From Candidatus Poribacteria bacterium (GTDB lineage Bacteria > Poribacteria > WGA-4E > JAJDTR01), in assembly GCA_965222225.1 (NCBI GenBank), contig CBDCTK010000002.1, forward strand, positions 256,001 through 320,000: DNA of 64,000 nt, read 5' to 3'. This document shows positions 29,864 to 38,991 of the stretch, in pieces; the stretch's first letter is position 1; every line of letters starts with the position of its first letter. The notes beneath the pieces are model-generated. The model ran no database searches. It saw only the letters and a list, made by a program, of their open reading frames with translations, and was not told where the DNA came from. The position numbers and the translations under genes were made by a program.

Positions 29864-30068
29864 GCACTGTCCACGGTTAAGGTGCTTTTTTGTGGTTCAT
29901 TTTCAAGTTCTTCAACTTATTAGTCAAATGTGTTATACTTTATGTCTGTGCAGTCAAACGCCTTAATGGCGTATAATGACGACTCAATATCCATCATTGG
30001 AGGGATTGACAATTGTCAGCCCTTGATTCGTATTACCCTTGTCCCTTTCCTTTATATGAATCAAGCAA

Positions 30069-30096
30069 GTAGGGAACGCAGATCTGCGTTCCCTAC
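30069..30096. repeat. Perfect 28-bp GTAG-bounded palindrome
   Basis: GTAGGGAACGCAGATCTGCGTTCCCTAC. Confidence 0.75.
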
Positions 30097-30170
30097 AATC
30101 CGAAGCCTGAGAGTACGAACCTCCGGCATGCCTTTGTTTTTGAATTCAATAGTCGCGGAGAACTACTAGA

Positions 30171-31073
30171 ATGGCTATACGTGAATCTGAAGAAATTAAG
30201 CTTGCTGTCCTGAACTGTGTTGCTGACGAGCAAGAATATCGCCAAAAATCAATCGTAGATGCGGTAGCGGATTACTTATCGCTTACGGACGAGGAAAGAA
30301 ACCGGCGAGTACGAACTGGAAACAGAGTATTTTATAATACCTGTATGACGGTAATAAACCGATTGAAGGAAACAGATTTGCTAGAACGCACGAGACGCGG
30401 ACATTACAAGATAACGCCCGATGGGCTCAAGTTTCTAAGGCAAAATCCAGCACCTCCCGCAGAGCCTGACCCCGTTGATGACGGAGTTGGTCCATCTCCT
30501 AACGAGGTTGAGGTTATTGATGACGGAATTTGTCTTACCGCTGAAGAGTGTATGGAAAAATGTTACCAGCAACTAAGATGTAAATTAGTTGCAGAGGTCC
30601 TTGAGAAAATAATAAAAAACTCCGCTAACTTTTTCGAAATATTAGTTCTTGACTTGCTCGTTCAGATGGGTTACGGAGGCTCTCGGGAAGATGTTGAGCA
30701 AGTTGGACGTAGTGGCGATGGAGGCATTGACGGTATCATTAACCAAGACAGGCTTGGACTTGATGCCGTCTATATTCAAGCAAAGCGCTGGCGAGAAAAT
30801 GTCCAACGCCGTCAAATTCAGGAGTTTGCGGGTGCCTTAGAGGGGCAACGAGCAAGGAAAGGAATCGTCATAACAACCTCCGATTTTTCAAGAGGGGCGC
30901 GAGAATACGTGAATACAATTAACTCCAAAATCGTACTCATTGACGGCCGTCAACTTGCGGAGTTTATGATCGATCATAACATTGGTGTTTCCACGGTGAA
31001 GACCTACGAAATCAAACGAGTGGATTCAGATTATTTCATTGAAACCGACGATTCACAAACACAGGACTCATAA
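30171..31073 (+). CDS. mrr: Mrr-family type IV restriction endonuclease
   Basis: N-terminal winged-helix Mrr_N-like region; catalytic GDGGIDG...YIQAKRW, ITTSDF and LIDGRQL motifs. Confidence 0.92.
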   Translation: MAIRESEEIKLAVLNCVADEQEYRQKSIVDAVADYLSLTDEERNRRVRTGNRVFYNTCMTVINRLKETDLLERTRRGHYKITPDGLKFLRQNPAPPAEPDPVDDGVGPSPNEVEVIDDGICLTAEECMEKCYQQLRCKLVAEVLEKIIKNSANFFEILVLDLLVQMGYGGSREDVEQVGRSGDGGIDGIINQDRLGLDAVYIQAKRWRENVQRRQIQEFAGALEGQRARKGIVITTSDFSRGAREYVNTINSKIVLIDGRQLAEFMIDHNIGVSTVKTYEIKRVDSDYFIETDDSQTQDS

Positions 31074-31084
31074 AAACTAACACC

Positions 31085-32448
31085 ATGAACACAAACCTAA
31101 ACGAACTCGAAAGACGCTTGTGGAGCGCCGCCGATGAACTCCGAGCCAACTCCAAACTCAAATCATCCGAATACTCCATCCCCGTATTGGGCTTGATTTT
31201 CTTGCGCTACGCAGACCACAAATTTACGCAGGCGGAGCAGCAGCTTGCAAGGGAGATGACCTCTAGCAGGCGGCGACGGGCAGACAAAACAGAATACCAA
31301 GCGCGCGGTGTCTTTTACCTCCCAAAGGAGGCGCGATTCGGGCACCTGTTGAATCTATCCGAGGATGAAAACATCGGTCAGGCGATTACCGATGCCATGA
31401 AGGCCATTGAGGCGGAGAACCAACAGGTGAATGGCGTCCTGCCCAAGACCTACAACCGCCTCGAAAAGAGCACGCTCATCGAACTGCTGCGTATCATGGA
31501 ACAGATTCCGATGGAGATTGAGGGCGACGCTTTCGGCAAGATTTACGAGTATTTTCTCGGCAACTTCGCCATGACCGAAGGCCAACGCGGCGGCGAATTC
31601 TTCACGCCGATCTCTCTCGTTAAGCTGATTGTCGAAATCATCGAGCCCTTCCAAGGACGAATCCTCGATCCCGCCTGCGCTCCGGGGGCATGTTCGTCCA
31701 GAGTGCCGAGTTTGTCCACAACCACAAAAAGAACGGCAACGGTCAAATCAGCATTCACGGCATTGAGCGCGTGGCGGAGACCATCAGGCTGTGCAAGATG
31801 AACCTTGCCGTTCACGGACTCGAAGGCGATATTCGACAAGCCAACAGCTATTACGAAGACCTGCACAAGTCATTGGGCAAGTTCGACTTCGTGATGGCGA
31901 ATCCTCCTTTCAACGTGGATCGCGTGGACAGAGAACGCATCAAGGATGATCCGCGATTCCCGTTCGGGATGCCGCGGGTGGACAATGCCAACTATCTGTG
32001 GATCCAACTGTTCTACAGCTCGCTTTCCGAGTTTGGACGCGCCGGATTTGTCATGGCGAACTCCGCCTCCGACGCCCGCGGCTCCGAATTGGAGATTCGC
32101 AAAGGGATTATTCAATCCCGCGCCGTTGATGTGATGGTGGGGATCGCGTCGAACTTCTTTTATACCGTCACCCTTCCTTGCATGCTCTGGTTCTTCGACA
32201 AATCCAAACGGGGAAGCGAGCGAGAAGATAAGGTGCTGTTTATAGATGCTCGAGGCCATTATCAGCAGATGACCCGCGCGCATCGGGGTTTCACGCCGCA
32301 GCAGGTTGAGTTCCTAGCCAACATCACGCGGCTCTACCGCGGCGAAGCACCGGAAAACCAACACGATAGCGCGGAATTACTGACGACTCATTTTCCCGAC
32401 GAACAATACGTTGATGTTCCGGGGCTTTGCAAAGCCGTAACCATTTAG
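31085..32448 (+). pseudogene. hsdM: Type I R-M methyltransferase, frameshifted and truncated by an IS
   Basis: [21 protein letters not shown] and ANPPF motifs are split over two frames; one missing G near 31679 breaks DPACGSGGMF; the frame ends at the IS terminus and no C-terminal continuation is seen after the IS. Confidence 0.9.
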
Positions 32449-33489
32449 GAGTTACGCAGTTGGCTGAAGCGTATAAAGAGGTTGTGCCAAATAAGCCCGT
32501 ACCGCATCTCTGACAATAGAGAGTTTTGCATCAAACCAACTGATACCGGTATGATAGCAATAGTGCTCAATTCTCAGAAAGGCTCTCAGCGCTAAACCGA
32601 TATGATTTCTTTGAGTGCGAGCAGAGCGCACTTGTGCGCGTTCAATGCCAACAAATTGCTTAATCCCGCGATGATATTCTTCTATTGTCCAAGACCATTC
32701 GGCATATTTGAGACGCGTCAATTCGTCCATCTGTAAATCATTCGTTGCCCAATATTCAATGTCACCTTCTGGAGTGTCAACCTTAAATACTCGAATCAAT
32801 CCATAGCCTTTGAGATGGACAATTGTACCTGTTGATTCACTCGGAAGCGTACTCACCGGACGGTTACCGGAATAATCTTTACTGACAAGTCGGTTGGCAG
32901 CTAGACGAGTAAGCCACTTCCAACCATGACCTCGCACCGCTTTTAGATTCTTTAGACTGGCATACCAACTATCAAAACACACACATTCAGGAGCAAAACC
33001 GCGTGTTTTCGCTTCTTCAAGCATGGCGCGGAAATGCTCATTCTTCGTCAAGCCGTCTTTGGCTTTATCATAGATTCGATAATCACACGGAATATGTCTA
33101 TCGCCATCCGTCCAGAGCAAAGTGACCAAGTTAATCCCATTCACAACTCGGTGGTGTTTCCCTGACCAGTGTTTTGTCACGAGTTCAATCTTTTGTGAAT
33201 AAGGTTTATCCAGAGTCGAGTCATCTATAACTAAAATTCCGGATTCTAATTTCACCTGATTTCTCGATTCTTGCCACAGTTTGCCAGTATCGGGTTCCTC
33301 TCGATGCAAGAGCCGTGTTATCGAATCGTGAGCCGGAGGATTATCAGCTTGGGGTTGAACTTTTTCCGATTCAAGACAACTGTAACTTTTCTGAGCGGCT
33401 ACCAAGAAATCAATATAGTCAGTGTCAGTATATTTAGGGGGATTCATACTCAAATTATAACCTATTTTCACTCAACTGCGTAACTCCTA
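32446..33489 (-). mobile_element. IS701-family insertion sequence, copy 2
   Basis: Same TIRs and same translated transposase as copy 1; flanks CCATT / AGTTC show no target duplication. Confidence 0.92.
32452..33471 (-). CDS. IS701-family DDE transposase
   Basis: Protein identical to that of 6943-7962. Confidence 0.9.
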   Translation of the reverse strand: MKIGYNLSMNPPKYTDTDYIDFLVAAQKSYSCLESEKVQPQADNPPAHDSITRLLHREEPDTGKLWQESRNQVKLESGILVIDDSTLDKPYSQKIELVTKHWSGKHHRVVNGINLVTLLWTDGDRHIPCDYRIYDKAKDGLTKNEHFRAMLEEAKTRGFAPECVCFDSWYASLKNLKAVRGHGWKWLTRLAANRLVSKDYSGNRPVSTLPSESTGTIVHLKGYGLIRVFKVDTPEGDIEYWATNDLQMDELTRLKYAEWSWTIEEYHRGIKQFVGIERAQVRSARTQRNHIGLALRAFLRIEHYCYHTGISWFDAKLSIVRDAVRAYLAQPLYTLQPTA

Positions 33490-33596
33490 AGTTCATCTCT
33501 ATGGAGTATTATGCTTCACAGGGAGTTGAGTGGCGAGTTTCTGAACTGCCGGTCCAAATAAAGGACGGGTTGCGCGTTAATCCTAGAGGTATTGGT

Positions 33597-34877
33597 ATGA
33601 TTCGGACCAAGAAAATCAAGGAGTTGCCGATAACGATTATTGATGGCGATCGATCTAGCAGGTATCCTAAAAGAGGTGAGTTTCGGAAGAAAGGCATCCT
33701 TTTTCTCAACACCGCGAATATCGTTCAGAATAGATTAGATTTAACCGAGGCGAATTATGTTTCGTCGGAAAAATTCGATGAGATTAGGAAGGGACGGCTT
33801 CAACGATATGATATCGTGATGACTACCCGAGGGAGTATTGGGAAGGTAGCACTTTTTGATAGTAATCCACCGGCGGGCTTGATTAATGCCCAAATGCTTA
33901 TTCTACGAGCTGACGGTGAAGTGCTCGATCAGAAGTTTCTGTTTTACCAATTCTGTAGCGATGATTTTCAGATTAAATTGAGCAACTTCGCTTCTGGTTC
34001 AGCTCAGCCACAGCTCCCAATTGTGGACTTAAAGGAAATTGAAATTGGAGTTCCGCCGCTCCCAACCCAACGTAAAATCGCCGCCATCCTCGGCAACTAC
34101 GACGACCTCATCGAAAACAACACCCGCCGCATCAAGATCCTTGAGGAGATGGCGGGTACCATCTACCGCGAATGGTTTGTCGAATTCCGATTTCCCGGAC
34201 ATGAGAATGTGAAGATGGTGGAATCGGAGTTGGGGTTGATTCCGCAGGGATGGGAAATAGCAAGACTTAGTGATGTTGTCGAAAACACTAAGGAACACGT
34301 AAAGCCGGGAAAGCAACTAGAAGGGTTGCCCTATGTTCCAATTGATTGTATTTCTAGACGTTCGATAGCACTAAGCCAACACAAACCACATACTGAAGCC
34401 AAGAGCAGCCTAATCACCTTCAAAAGAAATGATATCCTGTTTGGTGCAATGCGATCTTATTTCCACAAGGTAGTTTTGGCCCCTTTTGACGGCATTACTA
34501 GACAAACCTGTTTTGTTTTGAGATCAAGAAACCGAAAGAATAATCCTTTTAATCTCTTTACGACGTTTCAAGATTCAACCATTACATATGCTAGCAATCA
34601 TTCAACCGGAAGTACAATTCCTTACACGATGTGGGATGGGGCATTGGCTATAATGCCAATCGTTAAACCGCCAGACCGATTGATTCAACTATTCAGTGAG
34701 ATTGTTGGTCCGATGCTAGAGTTAATTCAGATGCTATCCATGCGGAACACCATTCTCCGGAAAAACCGCGACCTATTGCTCCCCAAGCTCATCTCCGGCG
34801 AGATTGACGTATCCGATTTGGACATCGGCGCCGACCTATACTGCTCACAAGAAGGAGAGAAATCCTATGCAGCCTGA
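33597..34877 (+). CDS. hsdS: Type I R-M specificity subunit
   Basis: TRD1, conserved PPLPTQRKIAAIL...YREWF...IPQGW spacer, TRD2 and RDLLLPKLISGE; start placed at ATG 33597 after GAGGT. Confidence 0.93.
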   Translation: MIRTKKIKELPITIIDGDRSSRYPKRGEFRKKGILFLNTANIVQNRLDLTEANYVSSEKFDEIRKGRLQRYDIVMTTRGSIGKVALFDSNPPAGLINAQMLILRADGEVLDQKFLFYQFCSDDFQIKLSNFASGSAQPQLPIVDLKEIEIGVPPLPTQRKIAAILGNYDDLIENNTRRIKILEEMAGTIYREWFVEFRFPGHENVKMVESELGLIPQGWEIARLSDVVENTKEHVKPGKQLEGLPYVPIDCISRRSIALSQHKPHTEAKSSLITFKRNDILFGAMRSYFHKVVLAPFDGITRQTCFVLRSRNRKNNPFNLFTTFQDSTITYASNHSTGSTIPYTMWDGALAIMPIVKPPDRLIQLFSEIVGPMLELIQMLSMRNTILRKNRDLLLPKLISGEIDVSDLDIGADLYCSQEGEKSYAA

Positions 34878-35142
34878 ACCTACGCAAAGCTGGACAGACC
34901 GAATCGTCATTGACGAGAAAATACTAACCGGAAAACCTGTCATCAAAGGCACCCGTTTAGCCGTTGAGTTCATTATTGACCTGTTAGCGCACGGGTGGAG
35001 CGAGGAAGAGATTCTTGAAAATTACCCCGGCATAGTGGTTGAGGACATTCGGGCATGTCTCGCTTACGCAAGCGCCACGCTGCATGCCGAGAAGGTTTAC
35101 CCATTTCCCACGAGGTTAAGGGATGCGCTACTTGGCAAATGA
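34867..35142 (+). CDS. DUF433 family HTH antitoxin
   Basis: GKPVIKGTRLAVE...EEILENYP...DIRACLAYA; RBS AAGGAG. Confidence 0.92.
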   Translation: MQPEPTQSWTDRIVIDEKILTGKPVIKGTRLAVEFIIDLLAHGWSEEEILENYPGIVVEDIRACLAYASATLHAEKVYPFPTRLRDALLGK

Positions 35143-35485
35143 GAATTTTCCCGAATTAGCAGTCACAGCCATTCGTTTACGCGGGCACGATGTCGTATGG
35201 ATACGCGAAGATGACCCCGGCATCAGCGACTTTGAAGTATTGGCTCGCGCCACAACAGAGGAGCGGATACTTATTACGCTTGACAAAGATTTCGGCGAGT
35301 TAGTATTCCGACTAGGACTCAACGCGCCTTCGGGGATCGTCTTGTTTCGTATTCCGCCGCGTTCAGCATCAGTCATTGCCCAAACGGCGGCTAACATACT
35401 GGACAGTCGATCTAACTGGGCAGGACACTTTTCCGTTGTTAGTGAAAATCGTGTCCGTATGACACCACTTCTACCGGCGTATTGA
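35123..35485 (+). CDS. DUF5615 PIN-like toxin (VapC45-like)
   Basis: LANENFP, GHDV, SDFEVL, LITLDKDFGEL and GIVLFR motifs; overlaps the antitoxin gene. Confidence 0.9.
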   Translation: MRYLANENFPELAVTAIRLRGHDVVWIREDDPGISDFEVLARATTEERILITLDKDFGELVFRLGLNAPSGIVLFRIPPRSASVIAQTAANILDSRSNWAGHFSVVSENRVRMTPLLPAY

Positions 35486-35580
35486 ACGAGAAGCCGCGTC
35501 GTCCTAGACCCATGGCCTGCTTCTCGCCACACTCATCTCTGGCGAACCTGGCGCATCGAAACTCAATGTGAACACTGGCA
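35485..35580 (+). pseudogene. Degenerate duplicate of an hsdS 3' end
   Basis: Translates as NEKPRR / THGLLLATLISGEPGASKLNV versus HsdS NTILRKNRDLLLPKLISGEIDVSDLDI. Confidence 0.6.
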
Positions 35581-35647
35581 CCATAGAATCAAGCACAGAA
35601 GACTCCGACTCCGATCATGATGCAATTGTACAGTAGCGACGATTCTT

Positions 35648-35676
35648 TTGCGGAAATACCGATGTTATGCTAAAAT
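35648..35676 (+). promoter_or_regulatory. Putative sigma70 promoter of the ATPase-TOPRIM module
   Basis: TTGCGG-17 nt-TAAAAT with an extended -10 TG; strong RBS GAGGAGGT before ATG 35722. Confidence 0.55.
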
Positions 35677-35721
35677 TCGCAGGGCTTAGAATTTGGCATT
35701 GAAAAGAGGAGGTGACCAGCG

Positions 35722-36909
35722 ATGTTTGAAGGGACAGCACCATTGCAGAAAATACATATCAAAAACTTTCTTAGCCTGCGCGATGTTGAACTTCCCCTAA
35801 AGCGTTTGACTGTGCTGGTGGGACCTAATGCTTGCGGGAAATCAAATCTCATGAAAGCCTTGCGCCTTCTCAGGGAAATGATGATTGATGAAGAACTGCC
35901 CTCGGTCAAAACCATCCAAGAATCCCTTTGGGCAGGTGAGGCAAACCACATCGCCTTCGGATTACAAACAGCACTGCAGGAATCTCGCATCGAATATGAC
36001 CTAATCATCGAAGCAAAAGTAGACAATCTTGCTGTTGCCGAGACTCTGTCGGTTAACGATGTCCAACTCATATCAACTCGGAACGGGGAGGGATGGGTTC
36101 GGGATGAAGACTGCCAAAAGGCGATAGAATGCAAGTCCAACAAACTCGCTGTGAGCGCCGTAGGCGATTATCGAATTCAACCGATTACAAAGGCTTTCGC
36201 GCAGTCTATTCAAGGCTGGCAAATCTATGATTTTCGGCCCGACCTCATACGACGAGGTCTACAAAGACTTCCGTCCGTTGACAAGCCTAGCTTGCGTGAA
36301 ACCAAAGCCGCGGAATATTCTATAAAACAGCGGAATCGTCTGCCACTATCTCACGATCTCTGGGATTGGTACCACAACGATCGAGAGCGTTTTGAAAGCG
36401 TGAACCAATCCCTTCAAGCAAGTATGAATTTCAAGCTCGATCAACGCGAGATTGATGGCGATAGTCAGTTCTGCCTCTTGGGAAAACACACGCAGCCGAT
36501 TCCTTTGACAAGAGCGTCCGATGGCACGCTGCGCTTTCTTGAATATTATATTCTGCTCAATCTGCCAAACCCGCCGTCACTCATCGCACTTGAGGAACCG
36601 GAGCGAAATCTGCATCCCGATGCTATACTAGCCGTTGCAGATTTTCTTGAGCAACTTGCCAAAGGCAGCCAAGTCATTATTACAACCCACAGTTCTCAAC
36701 TCCTTGATACCTTTGATTCCGAGAGTTTATCGGACTTACTTGAGGTTCTGTTGTTGCGTAACCCTCAAGGTCGCGGCACGGAAGTCACCAATCTCGAGGA
36801 AATTCGCGGTAACCGACCTGCGCTCGACGGTTGGATTACGGATTTCGGAATCGGCAGCGCGATTTTTCATAGTGCACTCCTGCCGAAGTCAATGGAGGAG
36901 TCCGGATGA
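35722..36909 (+). CDS. ABC-type (AAA_21/OLD-like) ATPase
   Basis: IKNFLS, Walker A GPNACGKSN, signature ASDGT, Walker B LIALEEPE and H-loop ITTHS; no TM segments. Confidence 0.9.
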   Translation: MFEGTAPLQKIHIKNFLSLRDVELPLKRLTVLVGPNACGKSNLMKALRLLREMMIDEELPSVKTIQESLWAGEANHIAFGLQTALQESRIEYDLIIEAKVDNLAVAETLSVNDVQLISTRNGEGWVRDEDCQKAIECKSNKLAVSAVGDYRIQPITKAFAQSIQGWQIYDFRPDLIRRGLQRLPSVDKPSLRETKAAEYSIKQRNRLPLSHDLWDWYHNDRERFESVNQSLQASMNFKLDQREIDGDSQFCLLGKHTQPIPLTRASDGTLRFLEYYILLNLPNPPSLIALEEPERNLHPDAILAVADFLEQLAKGSQVIITTHSSQLLDTFDSESLSDLLEVLLLRNPQGRGTEVTNLEEIRGNRPALDGWITDFGIGSAIFHSALLPKSMEESG

Positions 36910-37679
36910 GTACCATAAGAATCTGGGCTTTGGAATCGGACCACGATGCTAAAGCGGTCGAGTGTTTGGCAAATAAGTTAAAATCCTACCTGCAACTCGG
37001 AGATTTGCGCATTGAATCATCTGGTGCAAGTACACTCTCGGAAATCCAAGCGCGTGTGCGCAAGTCACTTCCGAGGCGCGCGAGAAGAAATGTGACATCG
37101 GACGCGCCGCTTAAGCGAGCAACTCACGATTATCTGAAGGACGAGGCGTGCGTAATTTTCGTCATTGACCAAGATAGTCCGAAGTCTCTCAATCAACGAC
37201 GACAGGAACCGAATTCGCTAATCAACCAGATTGAGGCGGTCATCAACGAACCGAGCCTTGACGGCAAAGTATTTCTCGCGCTGGCTGTTCAGGAGCTTGA
37301 GGCATGGCTACTAATTGATTGCATAGGGATTCTTTATTATTTCGCTAGTGAAACCGGAGCATTGACGGAAAACGAACGTGATAAAACCTCAACAAACCCA
37401 TCGTTCGCGCAATTGGTTGATGATTTTCAGGAAGCCAATACTGAAGACATTGTGGAGGAGGAAATCGGAGGAAGCGGTCCTAAAGAGTATTTGTTCAAGT
37501 TCTCGGAAGCGATACTGCGCAAGCTCAATCCAAACCTTCGCCAAATAGACATTTTCCGTCAGCGCTATCGTCCAACAATGTCGCCAGCGATGGCATATTA
37601 TGTGGATATCAACGAACAAACATTGCGACGGAACAATTCCCTGCGTAAACTAGGTGAGAGGCTCGCCCAATTCAAGTAA
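36906..37679 (+). CDS. DUF4276/RloB-like TOPRIM-fold protein
   Basis: WALESDHD (E..D), FVIDQD (DxD) and AVQELEAWLLID motifs; ATGA overlap with the ATPase gene. Confidence 0.7.
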   Translation: MSTIRIWALESDHDAKAVECLANKLKSYLQLGDLRIESSGASTLSEIQARVRKSLPRRARRNVTSDAPLKRATHDYLKDEACVIFVIDQDSPKSLNQRRQEPNSLINQIEAVINEPSLDGKVFLALAVQELEAWLLIDCIGILYYFASETGALTENERDKTSTNPSFAQLVDDFQEANTEDIVEEEIGGSGPKEYLFKFSEAILRKLNPNLRQIDIFRQRYRPTMSPAMAYYVDINEQTLRRNNSLRKLGERLAQFK

Positions 37680-37720
37680 GTTGACGTTGTCCTTGCCAAT
37701 TGCCTTTTATTTACGAGTAA

Positions 37721-38731
37721 ATGACAATGACTAAAATATCCGAACCGATAACCCTGGAAGAATTGTTGCCGCTAATCCAAGAATTATCTCAAAACAAGCG
37801 TGAACAACTGCGTGAGCTGCTTGAAACAGACTCGGCAACCTGGAAGGGGAAGTGGGAAAATATCAGTTCCCATTTTCGGGATGCCTTCGCGAACACGCCC
37901 GAAGGCGATGTGATACGAGATTTTGATGACGCACTGGCGGAAGTCAGACGCGAACAGAGCATTCACCCAAAGGAGGGAACCATGGAGTTGACGGATATCC
38001 TTGAATTCATCAGTCCAAATGCTATCCACATCAAGGGAACACGCGTAGATATCGAACTTGTGATTGAGGAATTCCTCTTCGGCTCAAATCCAAAGAGAAT
38101 CCAGCGGCGCTACCCGCATCTGACACCGCTGCAAATATACGGCTCGATAACCTACTATCTACTCAACCAAGAGCGGATGGATGCCTACATCGAAGCCGGT
38201 CGCGCCGCGGAAAGAGCCGTTATTGAGAAATATCGCAGCGATTCATCATATCGCTCGTCGCCAAGTGTCAGTTCCCAGTACCTGAAATCCTCCGCGGGCG
38301 GGAGCGATAAGGCGGTCGTCCGAGAGTCTGCCCCCAAGATGGCGCAGGTTGGCGCCGAGGGAAGCACCGAGACAAAAACAGGAAACCTGAACATTCGGGA
38401 TATCTTTGAATTTATCAGCCCGGACGCGATTCGGATTAAGGGCACTCGCATTGATATCGAATTTGTGATTGAGGAATTCCTCGCCGATTCCAATCCAGAG
38501 GAAATTCGGCAACGCTACTCGCATCTGACGCCAACCCAAATATATAGCTCGATTACTTACTATCTACTCAACCAAAAGCGGATGGATGCCTACATTGAAG
38601 CGGGCCGAAAAGCGGAAGAAGCCGCGTGTCAAGAACAGCTTAAAAATCCGTCTCCGGGTGTAGCGCGGCTCATGAAGATTGCGGCGGAAGCCAAAGCTGC
38701 ACGGTTAAGGATCCGCGAGCTATCGGAATGA
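37721..38731 (+). CDS. Tandem DUF433-domain protein with an N-terminal helical extension
   Basis: Two repeats of FISP.AI.IKGTR.DIE.VIEEFL...Y.HLTP.QIY.SITYYL; internal RBS AAGGAGGG and ATG at 37982. Confidence 0.8.
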   Translation: MTMTKISEPITLEELLPLIQELSQNKREQLRELLETDSATWKGKWENISSHFRDAFANTPEGDVIRDFDDALAEVRREQSIHPKEGTMELTDILEFISPNAIHIKGTRVDIELVIEEFLFGSNPKRIQRRYPHLTPLQIYGSITYYLLNQERMDAYIEAGRAAERAVIEKYRSDSSYRSSPSVSSQYLKSSAGGSDKAVVRESAPKMAQVGAEGSTETKTGNLNIRDIFEFISPDAIRIKGTRIDIEFVIEEFLADSNPEEIRQRYSHLTPTQIYSSITYYLLNQKRMDAYIEAGRKAEEAACQEQLKNPSPGVARLMKIAAEAKAARLRIRELSE

Positions 38732-38832
38732 TTTGAGTCGCTATATCCTGTGGAATCTCTATCGTACTAGGATCTTTATCGTTCGCCTTATTTGCTTGGT
38801 CGATCTATTTGTTCCGTCAATCCCTACAAAAA

Positions 38833-38902
38833 ATGGTGGGCAGTGCCCACCCTACAAATTTACTCGTGCTTTTAGAGGCTGGTGCGCAGTGCGCACCCTA
38901 CA
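38833..38902. repeat. Two tandem GTAG REP-like palindromes
   Basis: ATGGTGGGCAGTGCCCACCCTACA (exact reverse complement of 45368-45391) and GGTGCGCAGTGCGCACCCTACA; a related copy lies at about 42308-42328. Confidence 0.8.
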
Positions 38903-38991
38903 AGGGTACAATGTCGAGTCAAGGCGCGTCGGCGCGCCAGAAGATTTCCAAGACCAGATAACACGCATTCTGTACCGATAGCCGGTGACTG

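Noticed and set aside
31684-31688. Phase variation of hsdM through the G5 run
   Set aside because: The run is short, adding a G there gives CAPGGM rather than the CGSGGM motif, and the gene is IS-truncated anyway.
6937-33489. Composite transposon formed by the two direct-orientation IS701 copies
   Set aside because: Copy 1 has its own TSD, the outer flanks do not match, and the enclosed 24 kb is core-type genes such as nrdJ and nrdR.
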